A stretch of DNA of 64,000 nt from a bacterium (GCA_963674965.2 CAXXFL010000005.1:416001-480000); one strand, 5' to 3'; positions 27,562 to 38,028 are shown, counted from the stretch's first letter. Made by a program: numbers and translations. The notes: generated from the sequence alone by a model not told the origin.

Positions 27562-28905
27562 TTAATCGCTCATCGAGTTCATGACCAGTCCCGTGGCCAG
27601 CTTGGGAAAAAAGTATGTGGACTTCTCGGGCATGATTCCCTTCAGGTCGGCCACGTTGAGCACGGCCTTGACCGGCGTCGGGTTCATGAGGAAGCAAATC
27701 TCGTTGGGTTTTTTCTGGACCTCGTCCAGGATGCGGTCGTAATCGGTCTCGTAATTTATATACCTTTCGTTCAGGAGGTCCTTTTGTTTAATATCGAGCA
27801 TGCCCGTTAAAATGAGGTCCTCGAGTATCACCACGTCCAGGCTCCTCAAGACGTGGTCTATCTCGGACGTGGCCCCCTTCGCCAGTTCCGAGTCGGACTT
27901 GAGGGTCAGGTAATAGGCGTTGCCGCTTTTCCTCTCGACCATGCCGAAAACCGGGCCGCTCTCGCCCCTCGAGCGAAGCTCCCGAGCGTAGTCCCGCCTG
28001 GCCTCCCCGGGATCGAGGGGATTGAGAAGGGCCTGGTCGACGATGAAATAGTCGCTCAGTTTTTTTAACAGGCCGCTCAGCCGCCTTTGCGGCAGGTTGT
28101 GGATGAGCCGGTGATAGGGAAAGACGACCAGGCCCGGGTGCTCGGCGGGAGTGAAATAAGCCATGACCCGGTCGGTACCCTCCGCGAAAAGGGGCGCGTG
28201 ATCGAGCTGGTGGCGCCTGAGGGTAAGGGACGTCTCGTAACGGTGATGGCCGTCGGCGATGTAGACCGGCCGCGAGCCGATATGGGCGTCGACCCTGGCG
28301 ATGGCCTCCTCGTCGCCGATGGCCCACATCGAGTGGGTGACTCCAAGGTCGTCCTCCACGCTCATCACCTCGGAGCCGGACGGAGGACTCGAACCGAGGA
28401 CCTCATCCAACTTCCCGTCCTTGTCGGGATACAACATGAACACCTGGCTGAAATGGGCCCGAGTATGAAGCATCAACTGGAACCTGTCCTGCTTGGGCCC
28501 GGCCAGGGTCCGCTCGTGGGGAAGCACCTTGCCCTCCGAGTAATCCGAAAGCTTAAGCATGGCCACGAAACCCGGGCGGGCGAGGGTAGCCAGGCCCTCC
28601 GGGGTCTTGAGGTCGAAGCTGACGTTGTAGCGATAAATGCAGGGCTTATCGTCGCGCTTTAGTATTTCCCTCTCCCGCCAGGCGTTCCACAGGCCGGCGG
28701 CCCTGGTGTACTTGTTCTCCCGGCGGCCGTCGCCGGGTTTTTCCTCGCTCAAGATAAGCCGGATCACGTTGTACTCCGAGCGCTCGGCCAGGAGTCGCCT
28801 TCCCTCGGGGGAGATCACGTCGTAAGGAGGAGCGATTACCCCGTCAAGAGGACCGGAATTGGAAACGTTATATCTAATTCCGCGAAACGGAAATATGGTC
28901 GTCAT
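27562..28905 (-). CDS. DUF1015 family protein
   Basis: IFPFRGIRY, APPYDVI, PHERT, YIADGHHRYET, MPEKSTYFFPK. Confidence 0.9.
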   Translation of the reverse strand: MTTIFPFRGIRYNVSNSGPLDGVIAPPYDVISPEGRRLLAERSEYNVIRLILSEEKPGDGRRENKYTRAAGLWNAWREREILKRDDKPCIYRYNVSFDLKTPEGLATLARPGFVAMLKLSDYSEGKVLPHERTLAGPKQDRFQLMLHTRAHFSQVFMLYPDKDGKLDEVLGSSPPSGSEVMSVEDDLGVTHSMWAIGDEEAIARVDAHIGSRPVYIADGHHRYETSLTLRRHQLDHAPLFAEGTDRVMAYFTPAEHPGLVVFPYHRLIHNLPQRRLSGLLKKLSDYFIVDQALLNPLDPGEARRDYARELRSRGESGPVFGMVERKSGNAYYLTLKSDSELAKGATSEIDHVLRSLDVVILEDLILTGMLDIKQKDLLNERYINYETDYDRILDEVQKKPNEICFLMNPTPVKAVLNVADLKGIMPEKSTYFFPKLATGLVMNSMSD

Positions 28906-28907
28906 GC

Positions 28908-29537
28908 CTAAAAACCTTTCAAAGTCGATTCAAGCCGTTCGAGGGACACCGCTCCCTCTCTCAATACTTCAAGTTTGCCACCCGCGACTCGCGCCACGGT
29001 CGAGCCCGGCGGTCCCGCCAGCTCGCCGGCGTCAAGCGCGAGGTCGACCTCGCCCGCCAGGTCCGCGACCGCCTCGGAGGCGAGGCGGCCCGAGGCCTTG
29101 CCGCTTAAATTGGAACTGGTGGCGGTCACGGGCCCGCCGAGGGACGACGCCAGAAGACGGGCCGTTTCTTCACCCGGGGACCTTACGGCCAATGAGTCGA
29201 GCCCGCCCGTCAGTTCCCGCGGCATGGTCCGAATCAGTGGCAGGACCAGGGTCAGGGGTCCGGGCCATAACTTCTCGGCCAGGAGCCTCGACTCTCGGTC
29301 GAACTCCACGTATTTTCGCGCCATGTCGATATTTTCCACGATCACGGGCAGCGGCTCGCCCGCGTCTCTCCCCTTTAAATGGAATATCCTTTTTATCGCC
29401 GCCGCGCAAGTCGCGTCCGCCCCCAGTCCGTAAAGTCTTTCCGCCGGAAAGACGATCACGCCGCCCTTTGCAAGGACGGTGACGGCCCTTTTAATCGCTT
29501 CTTCCCGCCCGGTTTGAGCGAGTTCAATCCACTCCAT
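28908..29537 (-). CDS. tsaC: L-threonylcarbamoyladenylate synthase (YrdC/Sua5 family)
   Basis: VIVFPAERLYGLG, LKGR, LWPGPLTLVL, ATSSNLSG, GSTVA, LREGA. Confidence 0.88.
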   Translation of the reverse strand: MEWIELAQTGREEAIKRAVTVLAKGGVIVFPAERLYGLGADATCAAAIKRIFHLKGRDAGEPLPVIVENIDMARKYVEFDRESRLLAEKLWPGPLTLVLPLIRTMPRELTGGLDSLAVRSPGEETARLLASSLGGPVTATSSNLSGKASGRLASEAVADLAGEVDLALDAGELAGPPGSTVARVAGGKLEVLREGAVSLERLESTLKGF

Positions 29538-30423
29538 TTTCCTTGCCGCCCTTGTAGAGCATGGCCGCGCCCTTTTTCTTTCCGTAGTACCTGGCCACGT
29601 GGGAGCATTTAATCAGGGAAATGAAATAGACCGTTCGGCCAACGTCGTGAAGGCACTCGAGGTTGGCCTGTCCCTTGGCGATGATGATGGACGCCCGCTG
29701 GAAGCGCTCGAGCCACTGGGGCGAGGCCGTCTCGGGATCGACGCCCATGGTGGCCAGTCCCGTGGTAATAAGCTCGGCGGGCCCGGCCGGCCCGGCGGCT
29801 CGCGATATCCCGACGGTCTCGGCGTCGGCCAGGGTCGCGTCGTTCAGCGCCGGTCCTCCCTTGACCGAGACGGTGACCTTCTTGCCCCTGGCCAGAAGCT
29901 CCCGGATCAGGTAGAGGTCGAAGGCTATCTCGCCGGCGTTATCGCACAGGTAGAGGACGTCCCCGGCCTTGCCCAGGTCGCTTTTAAAGTCTTCCCAGTC
30001 GTAAACGGCCCAGGGGGCCCGGGCCCACTCCTCGAAGCCCGAGGGGTCGGCCCGGTCGGGAAGGGAGGCCGGGTCCATTCCGTTTCCGGCCAGAGCGACC
30101 CTGACCGCCCTGGCCAGACGCTCTTCCCCGTCGGCCGCCGCGTCAAGATAGCCGGGCGCCCAGGCCCGGGCCAACTCGACCGCCTTGGCGTTATGCTCGG
30201 CCTTGATCCTCTCGAAGGGGTCGCTCGTTCCCAGGGCCTCGTAAACCCCGGCCAGCACGTCGCGGGCGATGGCCGGCGGGACCCTCGCGAAGTCGTCGGC
30301 CGCCAGGACCGCCAGGGCCGCCTTGACCGCCGCCATGCGCCGGGTCTCGTCGGCCCCCGCCGCCGAGGCCGAGGTATGGGCCAGCTTGAGAAGGCAGATG
30401 GCGCAGTCCGCCGCGGTCTTCAT
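29524..30423 (-). CDS. DUF89/ARMT1-like damage-control phosphatase
   Basis: CAIC, LAGNGMD, YLCDNAGEIAFD, PALNDAT, IAKGQANLE. Confidence 0.88.
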   Translation of the reverse strand: MKTAADCAICLLKLAHTSASAAGADETRRMAAVKAALAVLAADDFARVPPAIARDVLAGVYEALGTSDPFERIKAEHNAKAVELARAWAPGYLDAAADGEERLARAVRVALAGNGMDPASLPDRADPSGFEEWARAPWAVYDWEDFKSDLGKAGDVLYLCDNAGEIAFDLYLIRELLARGKKVTVSVKGGPALNDATLADAETVGISRAAGPAGPAELITTGLATMGVDPETASPQWLERFQRASIIIAKGQANLECLHDVGRTVYFISLIKCSHVARYYGKKKGAAMLYKGGKENGVD

Positions 30424-30433
30424 CCCGATTCCT

Positions 30434-30934
30434 TCAGTCCTCGATCTCGAAGGCCGTCTTCTCGACCATCTCGGCCATTTCCTTGACGTTCCAGGCCAGC
30501 TTCTCGGCCAGGCTCTCGTCCGTCAAGGCCAGTATGCGGATGGCCAGATGGGCCGCGTTCCGGGCGCCCACGTCGCCGATGGCCACGGTCGCCACCGGCA
30601 CGCCCGGCGGCATCTGCACGGTGGACAAGAGGGCGTCGAGTCCCTTTAGGGGACCGCTCTCCATGGGGACCCCTATGACGGGCAAGGTGGAATGGGCCGC
30701 CATGGCCCCAGCCAGGTGGGCCGCCAGTCCGGCCGCGGCGATAATCACCTTGACGCCGCGCGCCCTGGCCTCGCGGGCAATCCGCATGGCCCGCTCGGGC
30801 GAGCGGTGGGCGCTGGCCACGGTCATCTCGTAGGGGACCTCGAAGTCCTTGAATACCTTGACGCACTTCTTCATCGACGCAAGATCGGAAGCGCTTCCCA
30901 TGACTATCAATACCAGGGGATTTTCCTCGTCCAT
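30434..30934 (-). CDS. purE: N5-carboxyaminoimidazole ribonucleotide mutase
   Basis: MGSASD, SAHRSP, AAAGLAAHLAG, PVIGVP, GLDALLSTVQMPPGVPVATV. Confidence 0.97.
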   Translation of the reverse strand: MDEENPLVLIVMGSASDLASMKKCVKVFKDFEVPYEMTVASAHRSPERAMRIAREARARGVKVIIAAAGLAAHLAGAMAAHSTLPVIGVPMESGPLKGLDALLSTVQMPPGVPVATVAIGDVGARNAAHLAIRILALTDESLAEKLAWNVKEMAEMVEKTAFEIED

Positions 30935-30965
30935 AGTCGCGTCTCCTTTGGAAATGAAAAGTATA

Positions 30966-30993
30966 AGTATAACACGAGTAGACTTTGTCTCAA
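30966..30993 (-). promoter_or_regulatory. Promoter of the purE operon
   Basis: TTGAGA-N16-TATACT with TG extended -10. Confidence 0.55.
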
Positions 30994-30997
30994 ACTA

Positions 30998-31180
30998 TAG
31001 CCTCTTGCAAAAGTCCCGCTTTGGAGTGCGGCGGCTCGACGCCGCTTTTCTTCCGAGCGGCTTGACGCGAGGCAAACCGCTGTAAGGATAGGCCTTGTCA
31101 AGCCAAGGCCACGAAAGCGGTCTCAAGCGACCGCACCAAGGCTGCTATGCCGCTAAGAAAAGGACTTTTGCAAGAAGCTC
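30998..31180. mobile_element. MITE copy 2
   Basis: TAGCCTCTTGCAAAAG...CTTTTGCAAGAAGCTC; near reverse complement of 15585-15770. Confidence 0.85.
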
Positions 31181-31227
31181 AGTCAAATCCTTTTCGAGGG
31201 ATTCGCCGCGTAGTCCGGCAAGATGGA

Positions 31228-31467
31228 TCATCCGCCCTCGATGGGCGGGAAAACGGCCAGGACGTCGTTCTCCTTCAGTGGCGCGTCTTTTTCCGCGCGC
31301 GCCGAGTTGACGAGAATAACAAGCTCCTTTTCCAGGTCCACGCCCAGGCCGGCAAGGACTTCTCTTACGGTAGCACCGCCTCCCGCCTCGATGGCGGCCG
31401 CCCCGTCCGCGGCGCTTTTCGGCAAAAGACAGCGGAGGTCGGCAAACAATTTTACGGTTACGATCAC
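31228..31467 (-). CDS. MoaD/ThiS family sulfur-carrier (ubiquitin-like) protein
   Basis: VTVKLFADL...LKENDVLAVFPPIEGG with C-terminal GG; GTG start chosen to give a typical ~80-aa size. Confidence 0.85.
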   Translation of the reverse strand: MIVTVKLFADLRCLLPKSAADGAAAIEAGGGATVREVLAGLGVDLEKELVILVNSARAEKDAPLKENDVLAVFPPIEGG

Positions 31468-31646
31468 GGCTTGAAAACGGCGGCGGGAACGCGGCCCAGC
31501 CGCGCCCCCGCCCGATGCGTGCCTTTCCCGACAACGGGTTGTATCTTTCAAGACGCGCGCCTCATCGCCCGATACCATACTACGCGCGCGCTTGGATTGT
31601 CCTCCATTAGGGTTGCACTTTCAGGTTCGTCAGTCAAGAGTTTTAT

Positions 31647-31831
31647 GAGCCTCTTGCATAAGTCCGGCTTTGGAGTGCGGCGGCTCGACGCCGCTTTTCT
31701 TCCGAGCGGCTTGACGCGAGGAAAGGCTTTGTATTTTTTGCCTTGTCAAGCTAAGGCCATCGAAAGCGGTCTCAAGCGAGAGCGCTCCAAAGCGGCTATG
31801 CCGCCAAGGAAAAAACTTTTGCAAGAACCTC
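31647..31831. mobile_element. MITE copy 3
   Basis: GAGCCTCTTGCATAAG...CTTTTGCAAGAACCTC; same orientation as copy 2. Confidence 0.85.
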
Positions 31832-31957
31832 TTAAAATAGTTTTTTATTAGTTTGCCGGACGCCCCGGTTTGCCTCGGGCGGGCGATTCTGAAACAATAG
31901 AAAAAGGCCCCGACCCGGTTGGCCGGGCGTGGCCGAATCCTCGAAAGGCTGGCGTCA

Positions 31958-32791
31958 ATGCGCGACGACTTTCCCGAAAACACCAGGGACCGACTTAAGC
32001 TGCTCGATAATGCCCGAGTCGTCCTTGTCAGCCCCAAGTTCCCGGGCAACCTGGGAATGACGGCGCGCGCCATGACCAACTGCGGCTTCAAGGACTTAAG
32101 GCTTATATCGCCCCGCGCCGAGCTCAACAAGGAAGCCTACCAGCTCGCGGTCATTGGCGCCGAGATACTGGACGACGCGATTATTAGCGACGACCTTGCC
32201 CGGGAGACCCGCGACTGCGCCCTGGTCGTCGGCACCACCAGAAGGAAGGGCGGCCTCCGGCGCAACTTCCTCTCGCCGGAGGAAGCGGCCGACATGATAC
32301 GGTCTTCCATCGCCGTGAACAAGGTGGCCATAGTCTTCGGGGCCGAGGATAACGGCATATCCAACGAGGACCTCGAGCTTTGCCACTGGATCGTGAGCAT
32401 GCACACGGGAAGCGAGCAGGAGTCGTTCAACCTGTCGCACTCGGTTGCCCTCGTTCTTTATCTGATCAACCGGGCCGTGGTGAGCCACAAGGGAGGCCCC
32501 AGAAAGCTGGCCCGAGCCGCCGACCTCGAGCACATGTTCGAGGACATGGGCCTGTTCCTGCTCGAGATAGGTTTCATTCACGAGCGGGACCCGAAGAGAA
32601 TGGTGAGCACCTTAAAGCATATATTTCACAGGTCGGGGCTTTCCGACCGGGACGTGAAAATCATAAGGGGTATCATGAGGCAGGCAAGGTGGCGGATCGA
32701 AAACCCCGACGCCGAGCTCGTGCCCCGGGACACCCCCCAGCAAATAAAAAGAGAGATACTGAAAAAACAACGAGGAGAGGAAAATGAATAA
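31958..32791 (+). CDS. TrmJ/LasT family SPOUT RNA methyltransferase
   Basis: VVLVSPKFPGNLGMTARAMTNCG, VFGAEDNGISNE, SFNLSHSV. Confidence 0.88.
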   Translation: MRDDFPENTRDRLKLLDNARVVLVSPKFPGNLGMTARAMTNCGFKDLRLISPRAELNKEAYQLAVIGAEILDDAIISDDLARETRDCALVVGTTRRKGGLRRNFLSPEEAADMIRSSIAVNKVAIVFGAEDNGISNEDLELCHWIVSMHTGSEQESFNLSHSVALVLYLINRAVVSHKGGPRKLARAADLEHMFEDMGLFLLEIGFIHERDPKRMVSTLKHIFHRSGLSDRDVKIIRGIMRQARWRIENPDAELVPRDTPQQIKREILKKQRGEENE

Positions 32792-35273
32792 AAAAATACT
32801 CGCCGCGGTAATCATGATCATAACGGCCGCCGCGCTGGCGCCCATCAGGCATGGATGGAGCGCCAAGCCCGAGAAGCTCTTCCTCGGCAAGCTGACGGAG
32901 TACGAGACGCGGGCCGACAAGGTCGAGCTCGACTTCGAGGACGGGCTTATGGAGGTGTCCGCCCGCGGCGAGGGCGTGATCCACGTCAAGGCCAACAAGG
33001 GGACCAGGCTGGACTCCTTTCCCTCCTTCGCCGTGATCGAGAACGGCGAGCCCTCGCGGGCCCCGGCCGTCGAGGACAAGGGAGAGTCGCTCGAGCTATC
33101 GACCGCCCTTCTTACCCTGGTGATCGACAAGCGGACCGGGGCCGTGGACGTCCTGGACGTCGAGGGCGAAAAGATCATCGAGTCGCCTCCCGGCGGCGGG
33201 CCCTGGTTCACGGTGGACGACGAGGTGGGACTATCCATCTCGAGGCTGCCGGGCGAGCATTATTACGGGTTCGGCGAGAAGACCGGTCCCCTGGACAAGA
33301 CCGGCGAAAAAATGGCCATGCGCAACTCGGACATGCCCCACGACAACGAAAAGGACCCCCTTTATCAGACCCATCCCTTCTTCATCACCTTGAGGCAGGG
33401 AAAAGCCCACGGTCTTTTCCTGGACAACACCTTCGAGAGTTCCTTTGACATGGCCGCCTCGGACGAGAACCTCCTAACCTGGGAGGCCAAGGGCGGGGAC
33501 CTTAGCGCCTGGATTATCGCCGGCCCCGCTCCCAAGTCCGTGCTCACCCGCTACGGGGAGCTGGTGGGGACCATGCCCCTTCCTCCCCTTTGGGGCCTGG
33601 GCAAGCATCAATGCCGGTGGAGCTACAAGAACGCCGACTGGGTAAGAAAGATAAGGGACGGCTATAAAAAGAACAACATACCTCTCGACGCCATCTACCT
33701 GGACATCCACTACATGCAGGGCTACCGCGTGTTCACGGTTAACGAGGAGCGCTTTCCCGACCTGGCCGGCCTGACCGCCGAGCTGATGGAGGACGGCATA
33801 AGGACCGTGGTTATAGTCGATCCCGGCGTGAAGATAGACCCCGGCTATTACGTGTACGACCAGGGCATCGAGAAGGGGTACTTCGCCAGGGACGCCAAGG
33901 GCAAGCCCTTTTTGGGAAGGGTCTGGCCGGGCGACAGCAACTTCCCGGATTTCCTGAGGCCCGAGGTAAGGAAGTGGTGGGGCGACCTGCACTCCTTCTA
34001 CTTGGACAGGGGCGTGGCCGGAATATGGAACGACATGAACGAGCCCGCGGGATGGGACGCGGACATTAGGATTCTCGATTACTTCGTTCCCACCAGGAGC
34101 ACCAAGTGGGAATATAAAATGTGGCACGGGACGCCGGAGGACCCCGTTCCCCACGCCCGGATTCGAAACGTCTACGGCCTGCTCGAGAACCAGGCCACCT
34201 ACGAGGGCCTGAAAAGACTCCGACCCCATGAAAGGCCCTTCCTGATTACCCGGTCCGGCTACTCCGGCACCCAGAGGAACGCCCTTTCCTGGACGGGGGA
34301 CAACTTCTCGACCTGGTCGAGCCTCAAGACCAGCGTTCCCATGATCCTGAACATGGGCATGTCGGGCATGGCCTTCGTGGGCGCCGACATCGGTGGCTTC
34401 GGCGGGGCGCCCTCCAAGGAGCTTTACGCCAGGTGGATACAGCTTGGGTCCTTTTATCCCTTCTGCCGCTCCCATACCTCGGCCAACATGCCGGACCAGG
34501 AGCCTTATTCCTTCGGCCCCGAGGTCACCGACATCAGCCGCGAGTCCATCAACCTGCGCTATAGCCTGCTGCCCTACTTTTACGCGCTTTTCGAGGATTC
34601 CACCCGAAGCAACTGGCCCGTGATGAGGGCCATGGTCCTCGAGTTTCCCGAGGATGAGAAAGTCGCCGAGATTTCCGACCAGTTCATGATCGGCCCCGGC
34701 CTTCTCGTGGCCCCCGTTATCGGGAACGGGCACCGCGAGAAAAAGATATACTTCCCCGAGGGCAAATGGCACGACTTCCGCGGCGGCGACGCGGTGGTGG
34801 GACCGGCGGAGAAGGTGGTTGAAGCTCCCCTCGACTTCATCCCCCTTTACGCTCGGGAAGGGGCCATCATACCCATGGCCCCCTCCATGAAGCACACGGG
34901 GGAAAAGCCCTGGGACCCGCTTACGGTAAGGATGTACGCCTCCGACGAAAAAAGCTCCTTCACCCTTTACGAGGACGACGGCCTCAGTTTCGAGTACGAG
35001 GAGGGGAAACTGGCCAGGACGACCTTTTCCATCGGGCCCTCGGGAGACGGATACCTGATCGGCGTCGGCGGACGCGTGGGGTCCTTCGATCCCCAAAGGA
35101 GCGAGATCGAGGTCCAGGCCTTTGGCATAGGTCCCGAGGCCAGGGTCGAGAGCGTGGTATCGGAGGGGCGTCAGGCAAGGCCCGCGGCAACCTACGATCC
35201 GGCCCTCAAGGCTTGGCGGATAATATTAAACGGCGACGCGAGCGAGAAGACCATAAAGATCGTGAAGGAATAG
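32784..35273 (+). CDS. Glycoside hydrolase family 31 (alpha-glucosidase-like), exported
   Basis: YGFGEK, QCRWSY, LDIHYM, GIWNDMNEP, WTGDN, GADIGGF, PFCRSH; N-terminal signal peptide. Confidence 0.93.
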   Translation: MNKKILAAVIMIITAAALAPIRHGWSAKPEKLFLGKLTEYETRADKVELDFEDGLMEVSARGEGVIHVKANKGTRLDSFPSFAVIENGEPSRAPAVEDKGESLELSTALLTLVIDKRTGAVDVLDVEGEKIIESPPGGGPWFTVDDEVGLSISRLPGEHYYGFGEKTGPLDKTGEKMAMRNSDMPHDNEKDPLYQTHPFFITLRQGKAHGLFLDNTFESSFDMAASDENLLTWEAKGGDLSAWIIAGPAPKSVLTRYGELVGTMPLPPLWGLGKHQCRWSYKNADWVRKIRDGYKKNNIPLDAIYLDIHYMQGYRVFTVNEERFPDLAGLTAELMEDGIRTVVIVDPGVKIDPGYYVYDQGIEKGYFARDAKGKPFLGRVWPGDSNFPDFLRPEVRKWWGDLHSFYLDRGVAGIWNDMNEPAGWDADIRILDYFVPTRSTKWEYKMWHGTPEDPVPHARIRNVYGLLENQATYEGLKRLRPHERPFLITRSGYSGTQRNALSWTGDNFSTWSSLKTSVPMILNMGMSGMAFVGADIGGFGGAPSKELYARWIQLGSFYPFCRSHTSANMPDQEPYSFGPEVTDISRESINLRYSLLPYFYALFEDSTRSNWPVMRAMVLEFPEDEKVAEISDQFMIGPGLLVAPVIGNGHREKKIYFPEGKWHDFRGGDAVVGPAEKVVEAPLDFIPLYAREGAIIPMAPSMKHTGEKPWDPLTVRMYASDEKSSFTLYEDDGLSFEYEEGKLARTTFSIGPSGDGYLIGVGGRVGSFDPQRSEIEVQAFGIGPEARVESVVSEGRQARPAATYDPALKAWRIILNGDASEKTIKIVKE

Positions 35274-35364
35274 GGAGGCCCGGCGAAGGCCGCGTGGAAA
35301 ACTTCAACGCTCGCGCGACGCGACCGGTAACCGGAATAATGGAGGGAGCTTTGGCCGCGGACCT

Positions 35365-38028
35365 TTAATTACGGCGAAATACCAGTCTCAAGGCCAAAAC
35401 CAGGGCCAATGTAATCGCGGACCCGATCGAGCACCACAACCCCAACCTGAAGCTGTAGGGTCGGTATGTCATTTTCAGGGAGTGAACGCCCTTAGCCAGA
35501 GGAACGCCTCGAAAAGCGTGATTCACGGGCAGGATTTTTATAGGCGGTCCATCTTCATCGGCTGCTTGCCACCCGGGATAATATACGTCGCTGATTATCA
35601 GTAAGCCCGGCCGTTTCGTTATTGCCCGCAAGTGGACCTCCTGGGGACGGTAGCTTGTAACCACGACTTTTTCGGTCCCGGGTTGAACCGGCGATAGTTT
35701 TATCTCCAATGGTTTCTCGATAACCGCCTCCGTCGCGAGACGTCCGGTATTGTTCGCGATATATTTCAGGCGCTCCGCCGCCGAGGGTATCAGCCTCGCG
35801 GAGTGTACCATAAAGGCGAGAGGCATGACCTCGCGGTTGAAAAAAACGTCCGCGTCTCCATCGCTGAAGGAAAATTCCAAGGGACGGCCGAGGCTTTCCA
35901 ATCGGGGATCTCGCCAAATGAACTCGCCGGGCTTTTCACTAAGAGGAGTCGCCGCTCCCGTCAAGCGCGTTTCATCCGCTTTGGACGGCGTCGAATCGAG
36001 ATCGGCCTCGATATCGATTTTAGCTCCTTGTCCTTGAATGGCCCTGGCGAAAATAATTTGGCCCGTGTCATCCAGCGTTTTATGGGTAAAAACCGCCGCC
36101 ATCCAGGTTTCGCGGCCGGCCGTCTGGATTTGAGTCTTGAAACGTGAATCCGCGACTTTGGCCAGATTATGCGTCCATCTCGCGGGACCTTTTTGCGTCC
36201 ACGCGGGGCTTTCAAAGTCTGACTCCCACGCTCCGGCCGCGTCCAAATTGGAGGGGTCCACCCATCGAAAGCGATATAAGGAGCCAAACTTGAGATTGTC
36301 TCTCTCGACGAGATAGTATCCGACGTTTAAATAGTTCAACAATCTAAGGGCGTCCGGGGTGAGAAAATTGTCCTCTTTCAAGGCCCCCATGAATTGCTCC
36401 CATTCCAGGGTCTCGTTGTCCACCTTCATCGCCTCGGGACAGATGAGGCTGAGGAACTCCCCGTATCTTCCATAGGGCATAGAAATGAAGCCGTCTATGG
36501 ACCTGGTATATGGCATGACTCCGCTTTGGAGAGGAATGCTTAAATCGCGCCAAGCCGACCAGGGAAAGATATGCAGGGAACGGTAGGGGCGATATTGGGT
36601 GGTGGGCCATTTGGAGTCCAGGGGGGTTTCGGGCATCTTTATTTTTTCCAGCCGAAGCGCGCCGAAAAACGAGCAAACCACGACGTCGGCCAATACGAGA
36701 AGAAGTAAAATATTGTTCGCGCCCATGAACCTCGAGCCGTTCCTCCTTTTCGCGGCGGCCGACCAGAACAGGAAAAGGGCCACCGCGAGAAGGGCCGCGG
36801 CTGAAGCGCGCTTGCCGGATAGATGGCTCGACGTCATAATACTCATTTCCGAGCCGTTTCGTGATATCCCGCCGAACCCATAAAAAACGGCCAGGTAGAC
36901 GAGTCCAAAAAGCGCGCCGGCAAAGCCCACCATCATTATCCACTTTCGGCCGTTGTCTTTCGTGGCCCATCCTTCCATCCCCAGCGCGAATATAACGCTA
37001 AGGGCCATCGAGGCTGGAATTACCGCGACGTTGGAGTACCTAAGCCGGTTCATCAGTGGAACGAGGAAGTTAAACCTTAACAAAAAGTCGGGAGGCCAAA
37101 TCCACGCGAGACAAACGATCATCACGAGCAGGGCCGCCAGGGCCAAGCCCTTCCTGGAAGTCCTCAGGGCCCCATAGCCCAGAATGAACCCAGTGGGAGT
37201 AAGAAGCCACCCTAAATACATGGCTAGCGTCAAGCCGTCCCTTTGGTGGGCGCAAAAGTACTCGAAACCAAGGTCCAGGCGCCTTACGCTCAGCGCCGAA
37301 TACTCGGCGTGCATTAAGAACTGTCCGGCCACCAAAAGAGCGCCCAGAATACCGCCCACCAGCCAAAGCCCCACGCCTTGCGCGTGAGACCGGGCGATAA
37401 TAAGCAGTAAGACGGCCATGGCGCCCAGAAGGAGAAGATCGCGGATAATTAGATCATAGCGCCCTCCCAGTATTGCGGCGGCGAAGGCGAGGGCCAACCC
37501 GACGAGGTGGAAGAGCCTTTTTTTTTCGACCAATGAAAATGAAAAGGCGAATATCCAGGGGGCCCATGCCGCCGTGTAGATGGTGGGAAGGAAGTGCACC
37601 TGCAAAAAACTCAAGGTGACCCCGAATGAAACCGCGACCGACGCGGGCAAGGCGGAGGACGGTTTAAAGCCCAGCGTCCGTAAAAGCGCGTAAGTTCCCG
37701 CGGCGAAAACGGCCAGGTGCAAGTAAAGATTTATTACGATGGCCGTTTGATAATCCCAGATCATGAAGATGAAAATTGACGGATAGAACGCGTTCGAGTG
37801 GGGCCAGCCTCCCAGGGGCAGCCCGCATAGAATTTCCGGGCTCCAAAGGGGAAACCTGAAATCCATCCATTGCTCGGCGGCCATTCGCTGGTAAGGCCAA
37901 AGTTCCGCTATGTCCTCCGCGGTGGGTAATAATATCGTCCTGCCCGTGATTAAATAACTGAAAAGGAAGAGCGAGGGCAATCCAATTATCGTGGCCCACG
38001 CTCTTCGACTTCCCATGGCGTCCCTCAT
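35365..38028 (-). CDS. YfhO-family (GT-C-like) polytopic membrane protein
   Basis: FPLWSPEILCGLP...FYP N-terminal loop, many TMs, C-terminal LIISDVYYPGWQA...NHAFRGV...YRPYSF. Confidence 0.8.
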   Translation of the reverse strand: MRDAMGSRRAWATIIGLPSLFLFSYLITGRTILLPTAEDIAELWPYQRMAAEQWMDFRFPLWSPEILCGLPLGGWPHSNAFYPSIFIFMIWDYQTAIVINLYLHLAVFAAGTYALLRTLGFKPSSALPASVAVSFGVTLSFLQVHFLPTIYTAAWAPWIFAFSFSLVEKKRLFHLVGLALAFAAAILGGRYDLIIRDLLLLGAMAVLLLIIARSHAQGVGLWLVGGILGALLVAGQFLMHAEYSALSVRRLDLGFEYFCAHQRDGLTLAMYLGWLLTPTGFILGYGALRTSRKGLALAALLVMIVCLAWIWPPDFLLRFNFLVPLMNRLRYSNVAVIPASMALSVIFALGMEGWATKDNGRKWIMMVGFAGALFGLVYLAVFYGFGGISRNGSEMSIMTSSHLSGKRASAAALLAVALFLFWSAAAKRRNGSRFMGANNILLLLVLADVVVCSFFGALRLEKIKMPETPLDSKWPTTQYRPYRSLHIFPWSAWRDLSIPLQSGVMPYTRSIDGFISMPYGRYGEFLSLICPEAMKVDNETLEWEQFMGALKEDNFLTPDALRLLNYLNVGYYLVERDNLKFGSLYRFRWVDPSNLDAAGAWESDFESPAWTQKGPARWTHNLAKVADSRFKTQIQTAGRETWMAAVFTHKTLDDTGQIIFARAIQGQGAKIDIEADLDSTPSKADETRLTGAATPLSEKPGEFIWRDPRLESLGRPLEFSFSDGDADVFFNREVMPLAFMVHSARLIPSAAERLKYIANNTGRLATEAVIEKPLEIKLSPVQPGTEKVVVTSYRPQEVHLRAITKRPGLLIISDVYYPGWQAADEDGPPIKILPVNHAFRGVPLAKGVHSLKMTYRPYSFRLGLWCSIGSAITLALVLALRLVFRRN

